This document shows positions 1 through 8,740 of a DNA stretch of 64,000 nt, one piece after another. The stretch is from an uncultured Gemmatimonadales bacterium (GTDB lineage Bacteria > Gemmatimonadota > Gemmatimonadetes > Gemmatimonadales > GWC2-71-9). Numbering within the stretch: the stretch's first letter is position 1; every line of letters starts with the position of its first letter. Position numbers and translations under genes: made by a program. The DNA lies in NCBI GenBank assembly GCA_963795085.1, contig CAWCFX010000001.1, forward strand, positions 608,001 to 672,000. The letters run 5' to 3'. The notes beneath the pieces are model-generated. The model did no database searches. It saw only the letters and a program-made list of their open reading frames with translations, and was not told the DNA's origin.

Positions 1-465
1 CCCCACGTCCACCCCGAGCTCTTCCGGGTGCTGGACTTCCAGACCTACCACACGGAGGTCTTCGAGCACTACTCGCTGCAGTCGAGCGAGCTTCGGGCGG
101 GGGACAGCGTTTACAGCGCCGACGGCGGCAACGCCTGGTATTACTGCATCTTTCCCAACTACATGCTCAACATCGTCCCCGGCCGGCTGCAGACCAACCT
201 GGTGCTGCCGCTGGCGCCGGACCGCTGCCGGGTGGTCTTCGAATACTTCTATGCCGACCCCGACCCGGCCAGGGTAGAGGCCGACGTGGCCTACAGCGAC
301 GTGGTCCAGCGGGAGGACATGGAGATCTGCGAGCGGGTCCAGCGGGGGCTCTCATCCCGGGCCTACGACCGGGGCCGGTTCTCCGCGCAGTACGAGGAGG
401 GGGTGTACCACTTCCAGGTGCAGCTCAAGCGGGCGTACGCGGCGTGGCTGGAGGGGCGAGGATAA
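1..465 (+). CDS. Rieske aromatic-ring-hydroxylating oxygenase (choline monooxygenase-like) alpha subunit, C-terminal part; truncated by window start
   Basis: IFPNYMLN, EDMEICERVQRGL and EEGVYHFQ motifs typical of the ring-hydroxylating catalytic domain. Confidence 0.8.
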   Translation, partial: PHVHPELFRVLDFQTYHTEVFEHYSLQSSELRAGDSVYSADGGNAWYYCIFPNYMLNIVPGRLQTNLVLPLAPDRCRVVFEYFYADPDPARVEADVAYSDVVQREDMEICERVQRGLSSRAYDRGRFSAQYEEGVYHFQVQLKRAYAAWLEGRG

Positions 466-538
466 GGGCGCGCCGCAGCATGGCGAACCCGGCGCGGGTG
501 GGAGGGAACCCTGACGGCCCTTCTGTGGTATAAGGGTC

Positions 539-1534
539 ATGCCATTCTCAGCTATCCGCTGGGGCCTCTGCTGCCAGTTCCTCGACGCCCCCATCCGGTT
601 CCGCACTGCCACCCACCGGTACGTGTCCGGCCTGTCCAGGGGCAAAGCCCGGACCTACCTGCGCCAGATCGCCCGGGACAACGCGGTGGCCCTGGCCGAG
701 GCGGTCGAGCACTGCCATGCCCACGGCATCGGCGCCTTCCGGATCAACAGCCAGGTCCTGCCCCTGGCCACCCACCCCGTCTCGGGATACCGGCTGGAGC
801 AGATTGACCCGAAGGGCGAGATCCACGCCCTCTTCCAGGCGGCCGGGGAGCGGGCCCGCGCGCTGGACATCCGGCTCAGTTTTCACCCCGACCAGTTCGT
901 CGTGCTCAACTCGGTGAACCCCGGCGTGGTGACGGCGTCCCAGCGGGAGATCGAGCACCAGGCGGGGGTCGCCCGGCTGGTGGGGGCGGATACCATCGTG
1001 GTGCACGGCGGCGGCGCCGTCGGGGGAGTGGAGGCGGCCGTGGCCCGGCTGGGCCGGGGCATCGAGGGCCTGAGCGGGGAGGCCCGCGCGCTGCTCGCCC
1101 TGGAAAACGACGACCGGAGCTTCGGCCCGGCGGACCTCGCCCCGCTCTGCCTCAGCATGGGGATCCGCTTCGTGTACGACGTGCACCACCACCGGTGCCT
1201 GCCCGACGCCATGACCGTGTCCGACGCCACCAGCCTGCTGCGGGCCAGCTGGGGCGCCCGCGAACCGTATGCCCACATCTCCTCGCCCCGGGACGGATGG
1301 GCGGGCAGCAACCCGCGGGCCCACGCCCTCCGGGTGGACCCCGCCGACGTTCCCGCCGAATGGGCCGGGCTCCGGATGACGGTGGATGTCGAGGCCAAGG
1401 AAAAGGACCGGGCGGTGCTGGCCCTGATCCGGCATGCCGCTACCGCGTCGAAGCCTCGATCGCCTCGATCCCCGCGAGCACCGCGCCCGGAAGCGCGGTC
1501 TTCCGCCCCGCCGCGTAGTCGAACGACACGATGA
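539..1534 (+). CDS. uvsE: UV DNA damage repair endonuclease UvsE
   Basis: GIGAFRINS, RLSFHPDQFVVLNS, LENDD, YDVHHH, H-I-S-S-P-R and DVEAKEKD motifs. Confidence 0.9.
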   Translation: MPFSAIRWGLCCQFLDAPIRFRTATHRYVSGLSRGKARTYLRQIARDNAVALAEAVEHCHAHGIGAFRINSQVLPLATHPVSGYRLEQIDPKGEIHALFQAAGERARALDIRLSFHPDQFVVLNSVNPGVVTASQREIEHQAGVARLVGADTIVVHGGGAVGGVEAAVARLGRGIEGLSGEARALLALENDDRSFGPADLAPLCLSMGIRFVYDVHHHRCLPDAMTVSDATSLLRASWGAREPYAHISSPRDGWAGSNPRAHALRVDPADVPAEWAGLRMTVDVEAKEKDRAVLALIRHAATASKPRSPRSPRAPRPEARSSAPPRSRTTR

Positions 1535-1880
1535 TCCCGCTGCCCTCGGCGACCACCACCTCGCGGGTCAGCGAGACGATGGTGTAGGCCATGGTGAACC
1601 GGTCCAGGGCGACGTCGCGTGCCGAGGCGCCGATCTGCACCGTGTCGGGGAAGTAGAGCGGCTGGCGGAAGCGGGCCGAGGTGGAGTGCAGGATGGCCCC
1701 GATCCGCTGCTTCTCGTGGGTCTCCACGAAGCCGCAGCGGACCAGGTACTCCATCCGGGCCGACTCGAAGTAGCGGAAGAAGACGGCGTTGTTGACGTGG
1801 CCGTAGGCGTCCATCTCGCCCCACTGCACCGGCAGCTCGAGGACGATGGGAAAGGCGGCGAGCAGCGGGTGGAAAGGCAT
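1440..1880 (-). CDS. Acyl-CoA thioesterase (YbgC/4HBT hot-dog family)
   Basis: WGEMDAYGHVNNAVFFRYFESAR signature. Confidence 0.9.
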   Translation of the reverse strand: MPFHPLLAAFPIVLELPVQWGEMDAYGHVNNAVFFRYFESARMEYLVRCGFVETHEKQRIGAILHSTSARFRQPLYFPDTVQIGASARDVALDRFTMAYTIVSLTREVVVAEGSGIIVSFDYAAGRKTALPGAVLAGIEAIEASTR

Positions 1881-1917
1881 GGGGTCGGTTCGGTGGCAGA
1901 ATGGTCGTCGGGCGAAG

Positions 1918-2100
1918 GCACGAAACAGCCGTACTACAAAGCACTAACAGCCGAACTACAAAGCACGAAAGTACTGATAATGCAGAAAAAGAGTTTCCCT
2001 GCTTTGCTTCTATCTTGTTCTTTGTAGTACCGCGGTTGTTGTTCTTTGTCTTCGTTTTCATTTTCTTTCGTGCTTTGTAGTCCCGCTGTTGCTGTTCTTC
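1918..2100. repeat. Intergenic AACAGC(C/A)...AAAGCACGAAA / TTTCGTGCTTT...GCTGTTGCTGTT inverted-repeat element
   Basis: Short direct repeats followed by their reverse complements; same motif family recurs at 3600-4285, 27445-27680 and 32600-32810. Confidence 0.6.
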
Positions 2101-2660
2101 ATGCTTTCCCCCGCCGCCTGGAGGGCGCGCTGCACCGTATTCCAGTTCCGCGTCGTCACCGTTTTCCCGTAGGCCTGTTCCAGCGCGGCCATCACGTCCA
2201 GGCTGCTTCCCTTGTCCGAGAGGGTCAGCACCGTCACCACCTCGGCGGGGGAGGCGCGGAGGATCCGGAAGTCCACGCTGGTGGGCACCTCCGGCGGCAT
2301 CCCCTTCCACCGGTCCCGGAGAAAGGTGACGTAGAGCCGGGTGGACGTGGTCACCCGGATCTCCTTGAACGGATCCAGCGCCGCGAGCGCCTCCAGCTCG
2401 GCCAGCCTCCGCAGCACCACGAGAATGGTGATCCCGAAGGCGGTCTCCAGTCCCGCTTCGATCTGTTTCTGCAGGGCGGCCCGGCTCCGCGTCGGGGCCT
2501 GGAACAGCACGTTGCCGCTGGCGAGGAGGGTGCGGACCCGGGTGAACCCCATCTCCTCGAAGGCGTGGCAGAGAATATTCATCCGGATCTGCCGGCCGCC
2601 GACGTTGATGCCGCGGAGGAAGGCGACCCATTGAGTGGGGGGGCGGATGGCTGGCATCAA
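2058..2660 (-). CDS. DUF1697 family protein
   Basis: VAFLRGINVGG, TLLASGNV and TTRNWNT motifs. Confidence 0.9.
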   Translation of the reverse strand: MMPAIRPPTQWVAFLRGINVGGRQIRMNILCHAFEEMGFTRVRTLLASGNVLFQAPTRSRAALQKQIEAGLETAFGITILVVLRRLAELEALAALDPFKEIRVTTSTRLYVTFLRDRWKGMPPEVPTSVDFRILRASPAEVVTVLTLSDKGSSLDVMAALEQAYGKTVTTRNWNTVQRALQAAGESMKNSNSGTTKHERK

Positions 2661-2685
2661 TGAATATAGAGAATGTCCGATTGAA

Positions 2686-3564
2686 CTACCCGGGGGCGCG
2701 GGTCTCCCTGCGGCTGTCGTAAACCGACTTGACCGCCGTGGCGCCGAGGATCACCGCGCCGCCGGCGAGGGACCAGGGGCCGGGGGTCTCGCCCAGCACC
2801 AGCCAGCTCCAGACCGGGTTGAAGGCCGGCTCCACCAGCAGCAGGATGGACGCCTCGAAGGCGGAGACGTGGCGGATGGCGGCGGTCACGAACAGGTAGG
2901 CGATCCCGATCTGGAAGACGCCGAGGTAGAGCATCACGGCCCAGTCGGCGGGGGAGCCGCCGGTGAGGGGCAGGGCCATGGGCAGGCAGGCCAGGAAGGC
3001 GACGATGTTGCCGACCACCACCACCGCCTGCGCGCCGCCCGGCCCCGATTCCGGCCGGGTGCTGAGCCAGCGGAACCCCATCATGGTGACGGCGTAGGTC
3101 AGCCCGCTCGCGGCGGCCAGCAGGTTGCCGAGGAAGGGGTTGGGGGCGGTCACCACCGGCGCCTCGGTCCCCACGAAGAAGAGCGAGAACCCGGCCGCCA
3201 CCACCAGCATGAACACCAGGTTCTCCCGGGTCACCCGCTCGCGGAGCAGCAGCGGGCTCAGCAGCAGCACGTAGAGCGGGGCGGTGGACTGGAGAAAGAT
3301 GGTGCTGGCGCTGGTGGTGAGCTTGTTGGCCAGCACGAAGAGCACCAGCGTCGTGGCGTAGGCCGTCCCCACCGCCAGCGTGCGCCAGGTCCAGCCCCGC
3401 CGCGCGTCGGGCAGGAGAAACCAGACCGCCACCGCGGCGATCCCGGAGCGGAGGCAGGACACCTGCCAGCTGGAGAAGGAGGCCCACTTGATCGCCGCCC
3501 CGCCGGTGGAAAAGAGCAGGCCGGCGGCGACCATCTTGAGGCGGGCGGCGGTCTTGGGGTCCAT
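2686..3564 (-). CDS. EamA/DMT family transporter
   Basis: About 10 hydrophobic segments; LQSTAPLYV and LLVEPAFNPVW motifs; ATG at 3564. Confidence 0.85.
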   Translation of the reverse strand: MDPKTAARLKMVAAGLLFSTGGAAIKWASFSSWQVSCLRSGIAAVAVWFLLPDARRGWTWRTLAVGTAYATTLVLFVLANKLTTSASTIFLQSTAPLYVLLLSPLLLRERVTRENLVFMLVVAAGFSLFFVGTEAPVVTAPNPFLGNLLAAASGLTYAVTMMGFRWLSTRPESGPGGAQAVVVVGNIVAFLACLPMALPLTGGSPADWAVMLYLGVFQIGIAYLFVTAAIRHVSAFEASILLLVEPAFNPVWSWLVLGETPGPWSLAGGAVILGATAVKSVYDSRRETRAPG

Positions 3565-3599
3565 GGAGGGGGGAAATAGTATCCGGGAAAGGGCATCTC

Positions 3600-4285
3600 C
3601 ACAACCGCGGAACCACAAAGACAAAACACCTTCAACAGCAACAGCCGACACCAAAGCACCTTCAACAGCAACAGCCGATCACCAAAGCACCTTCAAACAG
3701 CAACAGCCGAACACCAAAGCACCTTCAAACAGCAACAGCCGATCACCAAAGCACCTTCAAACAGCAACAGCCGAACACCAAAGCACGAATGACCATAAAA
3801 AAAGAAGAAGAGATGTATTGCAGTCCGGTCGTTCTCGTCCCGAAGGTTTTTTCTTTTTCTTGTTCTTTCGTGCTTTCGTGAGTGGCTGTTGCGGTTGCCG
3901 GGTGTAAGGCTAGCCCCACAACCGCCGATCACGAAAAGCACCTTCAACAGCAACAGCCGAACACCAAAGCACGAAAAACCACAAAAAAAGAAGAAGAGAT
4001 GTGTTGCAGTCCGGCTGTTCTCGTCCCGAAGGTTTTCTTTTGTTCTTGTTCTTTCGTGCTTTCGTGAGTGGCTGTTGCTGTTCCTCCAAGTGTATCGGCA
4101 TTTTGGTGTTCTTGTCCTTTAGTGCTTTCGTGAGTGGCTGTTGCTGTTCCTCCAAGTGTATCGGCATTTTTGGTGTTCTTGTTCTTTAGTGCTTTCGTGA
4201 GTGGCTGTTGCTGTTCCTCCAAGTGTATCGGCATTTGTGGTATTCTTGTTCTTTCATGTTTTTGTGGTTGGCTGTTGCTGTTCGG
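3600..4285. repeat. Complex intergenic repeat: ~32-bp CAAAGCACCTTCAAACAGCAACAGCCGA tandem units, a ~190-bp duplication and three ~63-bp TTCGTGAGTGGCTGTTGCTGTTCCTCCAAGTGTATCGGCATTT units
   Basis: Directly visible tandem copies; left and right halves are partly reverse-complementary. Confidence 0.8.
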
Positions 4286-4374
4286 CCGGGTGTGGCCGGG
4301 AGCCGGTACAGTTTCTCCCTGTTGTTTTCTCCTTTGTGGTCCCGAAGGAGGCCGGCCCTGCCCCGGAACCCGCC

Positions 4375-4402
4375 TTGATACTTTGGCTCCACTCGCTACA
4401 AT
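4375..4402 (+). promoter_or_regulatory. Putative sigma70 promoter, probably leaderless
   Basis: TTGATA-N16-TACAAT, 5 nt before the ATG at 4408. Confidence 0.5.
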
Positions 4403-4407
4403 GCGGC

Positions 4408-6828
4408 ATGGTGTTTCTCCTCCCCAGCGCTGAGCCACCCGTACAACCGTCTCCGCCCGCCTGGCAGCTTCCCTACCTGCCCGGCGTCGGGCTGCTCGCC
4501 GTCCTGTACCTGGTCACCGCTCAGCTGGGCATCCTCGTCGCCGTCGCGCACGGGGCGATTTCCTCCGCCTGGCCGCCCGCCGGGGTGGCGCTGGCGGCGC
4601 TCCTGCTGGGCGGCTCCCGGTACTGGCCCGGCATCGCGCTGGGCTCGTTTCTTTTCTCCTGGTCGGGCGGCATCCCCCCGCTCATGGCGGCCGTCATCGC
4701 CGCCGGCAATACCCTCGAACCGTTGGCGGGGGCCTACCTGCTCGGGAGGGTGGCCGGGTTCCGCGTCACCATGGACCGGCTGTCCGACGTCCTGGCGCTG
4801 GTGTTCTTCGGCGCCTGCGTCGCGCCGGTGTTCAGCGCCACCCTGGGGATGGCCGCCCTCCTGCCGCTGGACGGGGATGCGCACCGCCAGCTCACCCTCT
4901 GGGCGGTCTGGTGGTCGGGCGACGCGGTCGGCGTGCTCCTCCTCGCCCCGCTCATCCTCGCCTGGGCGACCGGGACCCGCCCCCGCCTGGCCCGGCGCGA
5001 GATCCTGGAGATGCTCCTGCTCGCCGCCTTCCTGGCCGGCATGGCGGCGGTGCTGTTCCACACCACCTTCAGCTACGTGTACGCCATCTTCCCGGTCGCC
5101 CTCTGGGCCGCTCTCCGCTTCGGGCTCCGGGGCGCCTCGGCGGCCGGCCTGCTGGTGAGCGTCATCGCCATCATCCACACCACCCGCGGACTGGGGCCCT
5201 TCACCGACTCCACCCCCACCAACAACATGTTCCAGCTCTGGACCTTCATGGTCCTGCTGGTGGTGACCTCGCTCATCGTCGCGGCGGTGGTCAGCGAGCG
5301 GCGGCGCATCGAGCGGGCCATGGAGCATGCCGGCCGCCTGGCGCGGGAGGTCCTCGAGTTCGCCCCCGTGGGCATCTACCGCACGGCGCTGGACAGCAAG
5401 ATCCTCTTTACCAACTCCGCCCTGGCCCGGATCCTGGGATGGAACGTCGCCGACCTGCTGGGCCGCCAGCTCGGCGAGGTCGCCTACGCGAGCCCGGAGG
5501 ACCGGGAGGCGCTGGTCAAGCGCTTTCACGAGGTAGGGGAGGGCCGGGGCCTCGATGTCCGCTGGAAGCGCAAGGACGGCACCCCGATCTACGTGGAAAT
5601 GCACGCCCGGGTCATCCACGATGCCGCCGGCACGGTCATGGGGTACGAGGGGTTCATCTTCGAGACCACCGAGCGCCGCGCCCTGGAGGAGCAGCTGCGC
5701 CAGTCCCAGAAGATCGAGGCCATCGGCCGGCTCGCGGGCGGCGTGGCCCACGACTTCAACAACCTGCTCACCGCCATCTTCGGGTCCAGCGACCTGCTCC
5801 TCGAAGTCACCCCGGAGGACGATGGCCGCCGGGAAGACATCCTGGAGATCCGGAAGGCCGCCGACCGGGCCGCCACCCTCACCCGCCAGCTCCTCGCCTT
5901 CAGCCGCCAGCAGGTGCTGGCCACCCAGGTCATCGACCTGAACGCCGTGGTGCGCGGCATGGAGGGCATGCTCCGCCGGCTGGTGCGGGAGAACATCGAG
6001 TGGCGCACCGTGCTGCCGGCCGGGCTGCCGGCGGTCCGCGCCGATCCCGGCCAGCTCGAGCAGGTCATCATCAACCTGGTGGTGAACGCCGGCGACGCCA
6101 TGCCCCGGGGCGGCAAGCTGGTCGTCGAGACCGCCACCGTGACGCTGGACGAGGCCTACGCCTACGCCCACAGGCCGATCACCCCGGGGCGCTACGTCAT
6201 GCTCGCGGTGAGCGACAACGGGCAGGGCATGGCGCCGGAGGTCCAGGCCCGGATCTTCGAGCCCTTCTTCACCACCAAGCCCAAGGGCGTCGGCACCGGC
6301 CTGGGGCTGGCCATGGTGTACGGCATCGTCAAGCAGAGCCAGGGCTTCATCTGGGTGTACAGCGAGCCGGGCCGGGGCACCACCTTCAAGATCTACCTGC
6401 CCCAGGCCGGCGAGGCGGCCGAGCCGGCCACGCCCCGGTCCCTGCTGCCGGTCGCCCTCCGGGGCACCGAGACCCTGCTGGTGGTCGAGGACGAGCTGTC
6501 GGTCCGCGCGCTGGCCAAGCGGGTGCTGGAGGCCAACGGCTACACCGTCCTGGTGGCCGGCAACGGGGCCCAGGCCCTCGCCGTCGCCCACGAGGTCCGG
6601 GGCCGGATCGACCTGGTGGTCTCCGACGTGATCATGCCCGGCATGGGCGGCCGGGAGCTGGCCGAGCAGCTGATGGCGCTCCGGCCCGGCATCAAGGTGC
6701 TCTTCGTCTCCGGCTACACCGACGACACCATCATGGACCAGGGCGTCCTGATGGCGGGGACCGCGTACCTGCAGAAACCCTTCTCTCCCCACGGCCTGGC
6801 GGCGAAGGTGAGGGAAGTGCTGGGGTGA
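4408..6828 (+). CDS. MASE1-PAS hybrid sensor histidine kinase/response regulator
   Basis: MASE1 (WPPAGVALA, WWSGDAVG), PAS, H-box AHDFNNLL, N/G boxes (FEPFFTTK, GTGLGL) and C-terminal receiver (VEDE, SDVIMP, KPF). Confidence 0.92.
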   Translation: MVFLLPSAEPPVQPSPPAWQLPYLPGVGLLAVLYLVTAQLGILVAVAHGAISSAWPPAGVALAALLLGGSRYWPGIALGSFLFSWSGGIPPLMAAVIAAGNTLEPLAGAYLLGRVAGFRVTMDRLSDVLALVFFGACVAPVFSATLGMAALLPLDGDAHRQLTLWAVWWSGDAVGVLLLAPLILAWATGTRPRLARREILEMLLLAAFLAGMAAVLFHTTFSYVYAIFPVALWAALRFGLRGASAAGLLVSVIAIIHTTRGLGPFTDSTPTNNMFQLWTFMVLLVVTSLIVAAVVSERRRIERAMEHAGRLAREVLEFAPVGIYRTALDSKILFTNSALARILGWNVADLLGRQLGEVAYASPEDREALVKRFHEVGEGRGLDVRWKRKDGTPIYVEMHARVIHDAAGTVMGYEGFIFETTERRALEEQLRQSQKIEAIGRLAGGVAHDFNNLLTAIFGSSDLLLEVTPEDDGRREDILEIRKAADRAATLTRQLLAFSRQQVLATQVIDLNAVVRGMEGMLRRLVRENIEWRTVLPAGLPAVRADPGQLEQVIINLVVNAGDAMPRGGKLVVETATVTLDEAYAYAHRPITPGRYVMLAVSDNGQGMAPEVQARIFEPFFTTKPKGVGTGLGLAMVYGIVKQSQGFIWVYSEPGRGTTFKIYLPQAGEAAEPATPRSLLPVALRGTETLLVVEDELSVRALAKRVLEANGYTVLVAGNGAQALAVAHEVRGRIDLVVSDVIMPGMGGRELAEQLMALRPGIKVLFVSGYTDDTIMDQGVLMAGTAYLQKPFSPHGLAAKVREVLG

Positions 6829-6837
6829 GGGCGGAGG

Positions 6838-7003
6838 GCAGAGTACTGAGTGCTGAGTGCTGAGTGCTGAGTGCAGCGTGCGGCGTGCAGCGTGCAGCGT
6901 GCAGCGTGCGGCGTGCAGCGTGAGGCGTGCAGCGTGAGGCGTGCAGCGTGCAGCGTGAGGCGTGCAGCGTGAAGAGTACTCTGAACTCAGCCCTCAGCAC
7001 TCA
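6838..7003. repeat. Heptamer tandem repeats (TGAGTGC)n and (GTGCAGC)n
   Basis: Visible 7-nt periodic runs flanked by AGAGTACT. Confidence 0.85.
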
Positions 7004-7040
7004 TTTGCTCCCCTGCTGGCTGGCCGATTATCATCCCCCC

Positions 7041-7673
7041 GTGCCTCCCCACCTGATCGAGACCGTCCGCGTCATCGGCGGCGCGACCCCGCTGTGGCCC
7101 CTGCACCTGGCCCGGCTGGGGCGGAGCTGTGCGGCGATCGGGCGGTCGTTTCCCACCCTGGTGCCGCCGTCGGGGGGGCCGGACCGGGTCTGCCGCTACG
7201 AGATCACCGGGGACGGGGTCAAGGTGAGCGAGCGGGACGCCGGTCCCGTCCGGGCGGTGAGGCTGCTGACAGCGAAGTGCCGCCACGCGCCTTATCCTCA
7301 CAAGACCACCGAGCGGGCCTGCTTCACCCAGGCCGGCCTGGAGGCCACCGACGCCCGGATGGACGATGCCATCCTGGTCACCCCGGAGGGCTGGGTGGCG
7401 GAGGGAACCATCTGGAGCCTCTGCTGGTGGGAGATGGGGGTGCTCTGCGCCCCGCCGCTCGGCCTCGGCATCCTGCCCGGCATCGGGCGGGCGCGGGTGG
7501 GCGAGATCCGGCACTACATCTCGGAGCGGCGGGTGACCCGCCGGGCGCTGACGGGGGTCTCGGTCTTCCTGGTCAACGCGGCGCGGGGGGTCGTGGAAGT
7601 CGAGACCTGGGATGGAGATAGAGTGCCCAGGTCGGTCGAGACGGCCCGCCTCGCGGCGCAGTTTTGGGCTTGA
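7041..7673 (+). CDS. Aminotransferase class IV (4-amino-4-deoxychorismate lyase-like)
   Basis: ETVR, HLARL, HKTT, EGT, GILPGIGR and VNAARG motifs; GTG start after a TATCAT -10. Confidence 0.8.
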   Translation: MPPHLIETVRVIGGATPLWPLHLARLGRSCAAIGRSFPTLVPPSGGPDRVCRYEITGDGVKVSERDAGPVRAVRLLTAKCRHAPYPHKTTERACFTQAGLEATDARMDDAILVTPEGWVAEGTIWSLCWWEMGVLCAPPLGLGILPGIGRARVGEIRHYISERRVTRRALTGVSVFLVNAARGVVEVETWDGDRVPRSVETARLAAQFWA

Positions 7674-7698
7674 TAAAGCCCCGCGCCGTTCTTAGTTT
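7670..7698 (+). promoter_or_regulatory. Putative sigma70 promoter of the tRNA cluster
   Basis: TTGATA-N17-TAGTTT followed by a GC-rich discriminator, upstream of tRNA-His. Confidence 0.55.
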
Positions 7699-7733
7699 CC
7701 CCCGGCTCGGGATGGGACCCGGGCAGGGCTCGT

Positions 7734-7808
7734 GGTGGTTGTAGCTCAATCGGTTAGAGCGCCGGACTGTGGTTCCGGAGGTTGCGGGTTCGATCCCCGT
7801 CAGCCACC
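7734..7808 (+). tRNA. tRNA-His(GTG)
   Basis: Cloverleaf with G-1, acceptor GTGGTTG/CAGCCAC, anticodon loop CTGTGGT and T-loop TTCGATC; CCA not encoded. Confidence 0.95.
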
Positions 7809-7899
7809 CTGCAGGAGGGAGCCAGAGGGCAGGAGGACAAGAGGGCGTGACCGGGTGCGGTCACCCCTTGCCCCCTGTCCCACTGCCCCCCGGCCACCG

Positions 7900-7972
7900 A
7901 GGTCCGTAGCTCAATTGGTAGAGCACCGGTCTCCAAAACCGGGGGTTGCAGGTTCGATTCCTGCCGGGCCTG
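7900..7972 (+). tRNA. tRNA-Trp(CCA)
   Basis: AGGTCCG/CGGGCCT acceptor, anticodon loop CTCCAAA, TTCGATT. Confidence 0.95.
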
Positions 7973-7975
7973 TTC

Positions 7976-8122
7976 ACAGTGGGCAAGTGGGCAAGTGGGC
8001 AAGTGGGCACAGTGGGACAGTGGGACAGAGGGCAAGTGGGCAAGTGGGACACTGACCACTGACTCCCGGACCCACTGACCCCCTGACTCCCGGACCCACT
8101 GACCCACTGACCCACTGACCCC
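7976..8122. repeat. Octamer runs (GTGGGCAA/GTGGGACA)n followed by (CCCACTGA)n
   Basis: Visible 8-nt periodic runs in opposite orientation between two tRNAs. Confidence 0.8.
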
Positions 8123-8129
8123 CTTTGCT

Positions 8130-8202
8130 GGCGCTATCGTCTAGGGGACTAGGACGGGGCCCTCTCAAGGCCCAAACACGGGTTCGAATCCCGTTAGCGC
8201 TA
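8130..8202 (+). tRNA. tRNA-Glu(CTC)
   Basis: GGCGCTA/TAGCGCT acceptor, anticodon loop CTCTCAA, TTCGAAT. Confidence 0.95.
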
Positions 8203-8207
8203 TAGGA

Positions 8208-8322
8208 GAAGAGTACTGAGTGACGAGTACTGAGGTACTGAGTGCTGAGAGAGTTCGGCTGGCCGGATCATGAACTGAGATGGGAACCACTCAGTACTCA
8301 TTTCTCAGTACTCAGTACTGCT
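8208..8322. repeat. AGTACTGAG / CTCAGTACT inverted short repeats
   Basis: Visible; same family at 6841 and 55452-55525. Confidence 0.7.
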
Positions 8323-8329
8323 GGTTTTG

Positions 8330-8401
8330 GGCCCCATCGTCTATCGGTTAGGACACCACTCTTTCAAGGTGGGAAGACGGGTTCGATTCCCGTTGGGGCT
8401 A
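8330..8401 (+). tRNA. tRNA-Glu(TTC)
   Basis: GGCCCCA/TGGGGCT acceptor, anticodon loop CTTTCAA, TTCGATT. Confidence 0.95.
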
Positions 8402-8409
8402 TGCAAACT

Positions 8410-8562
8410 GAACGTGCCGCGTGCAGCGTAGCGCGTACAGCGTAACAGCATGTCGGGCCGGATCTTCACTGAAGGGCAGTTACGCTGCACGTTTAACGCT
8501 GCACGTGCGCTGCACGCTGCACGCTGCACGCTGCACGTCGTACGCTGCACGCTGCACGTGTA
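8410..8562. repeat. (GTGCAGC)/(GCTGCAC)n heptamer inverted repeats
   Basis: Visible 7-nt runs, reverse complement of the 6871-6970 family. Confidence 0.75.
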
Positions 8563-8570
8563 GTTCAAGA

Positions 8571-8643
8571 GCGCCGCTAGCTCAATTGGCAGAGCAAGTG
8601 ACTCTTAATCACTAGGTTGTAGGTTCGATTCCTACGCGGCGCA
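8571..8643 (+). tRNA. tRNA-Lys(CTT)
   Basis: GCGCCGC/GCGGCGC acceptor, anticodon loop CTCTTAA, TTCGATT. Confidence 0.95.
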
Positions 8644-8653
8644 TGAATGACTT

Positions 8654-8677
8654 ACGGCTCTTTCGGGAGCCGTTTTT
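8654..8677 (+). terminator. Rho-independent terminator after tRNA-Lys
   Basis: ACGGCTCT-TTCG-GGAGCCGT hairpin followed by a T-run. Confidence 0.75.
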
Positions 8678-8740
8678 CATTGGAATGTGCGCCAAATGTG
8701 CATCCTGGGACCAGGTGTTGGTCATAAGATTGCTTACGCT

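Noticed and set aside
3600..4285. CRISPR-like short repeats
   Set aside because: Units are contiguous with no unique spacers; the same holds for 25047-25512 and 31679-32085.
3693..4438. Short ORFs in repeat regions (also 20768-21303, 25112-25467, 27678-28518, 31333-32155, 55120-55458)
   Set aside because: They are translations of non-coding repeats or overlap real genes.
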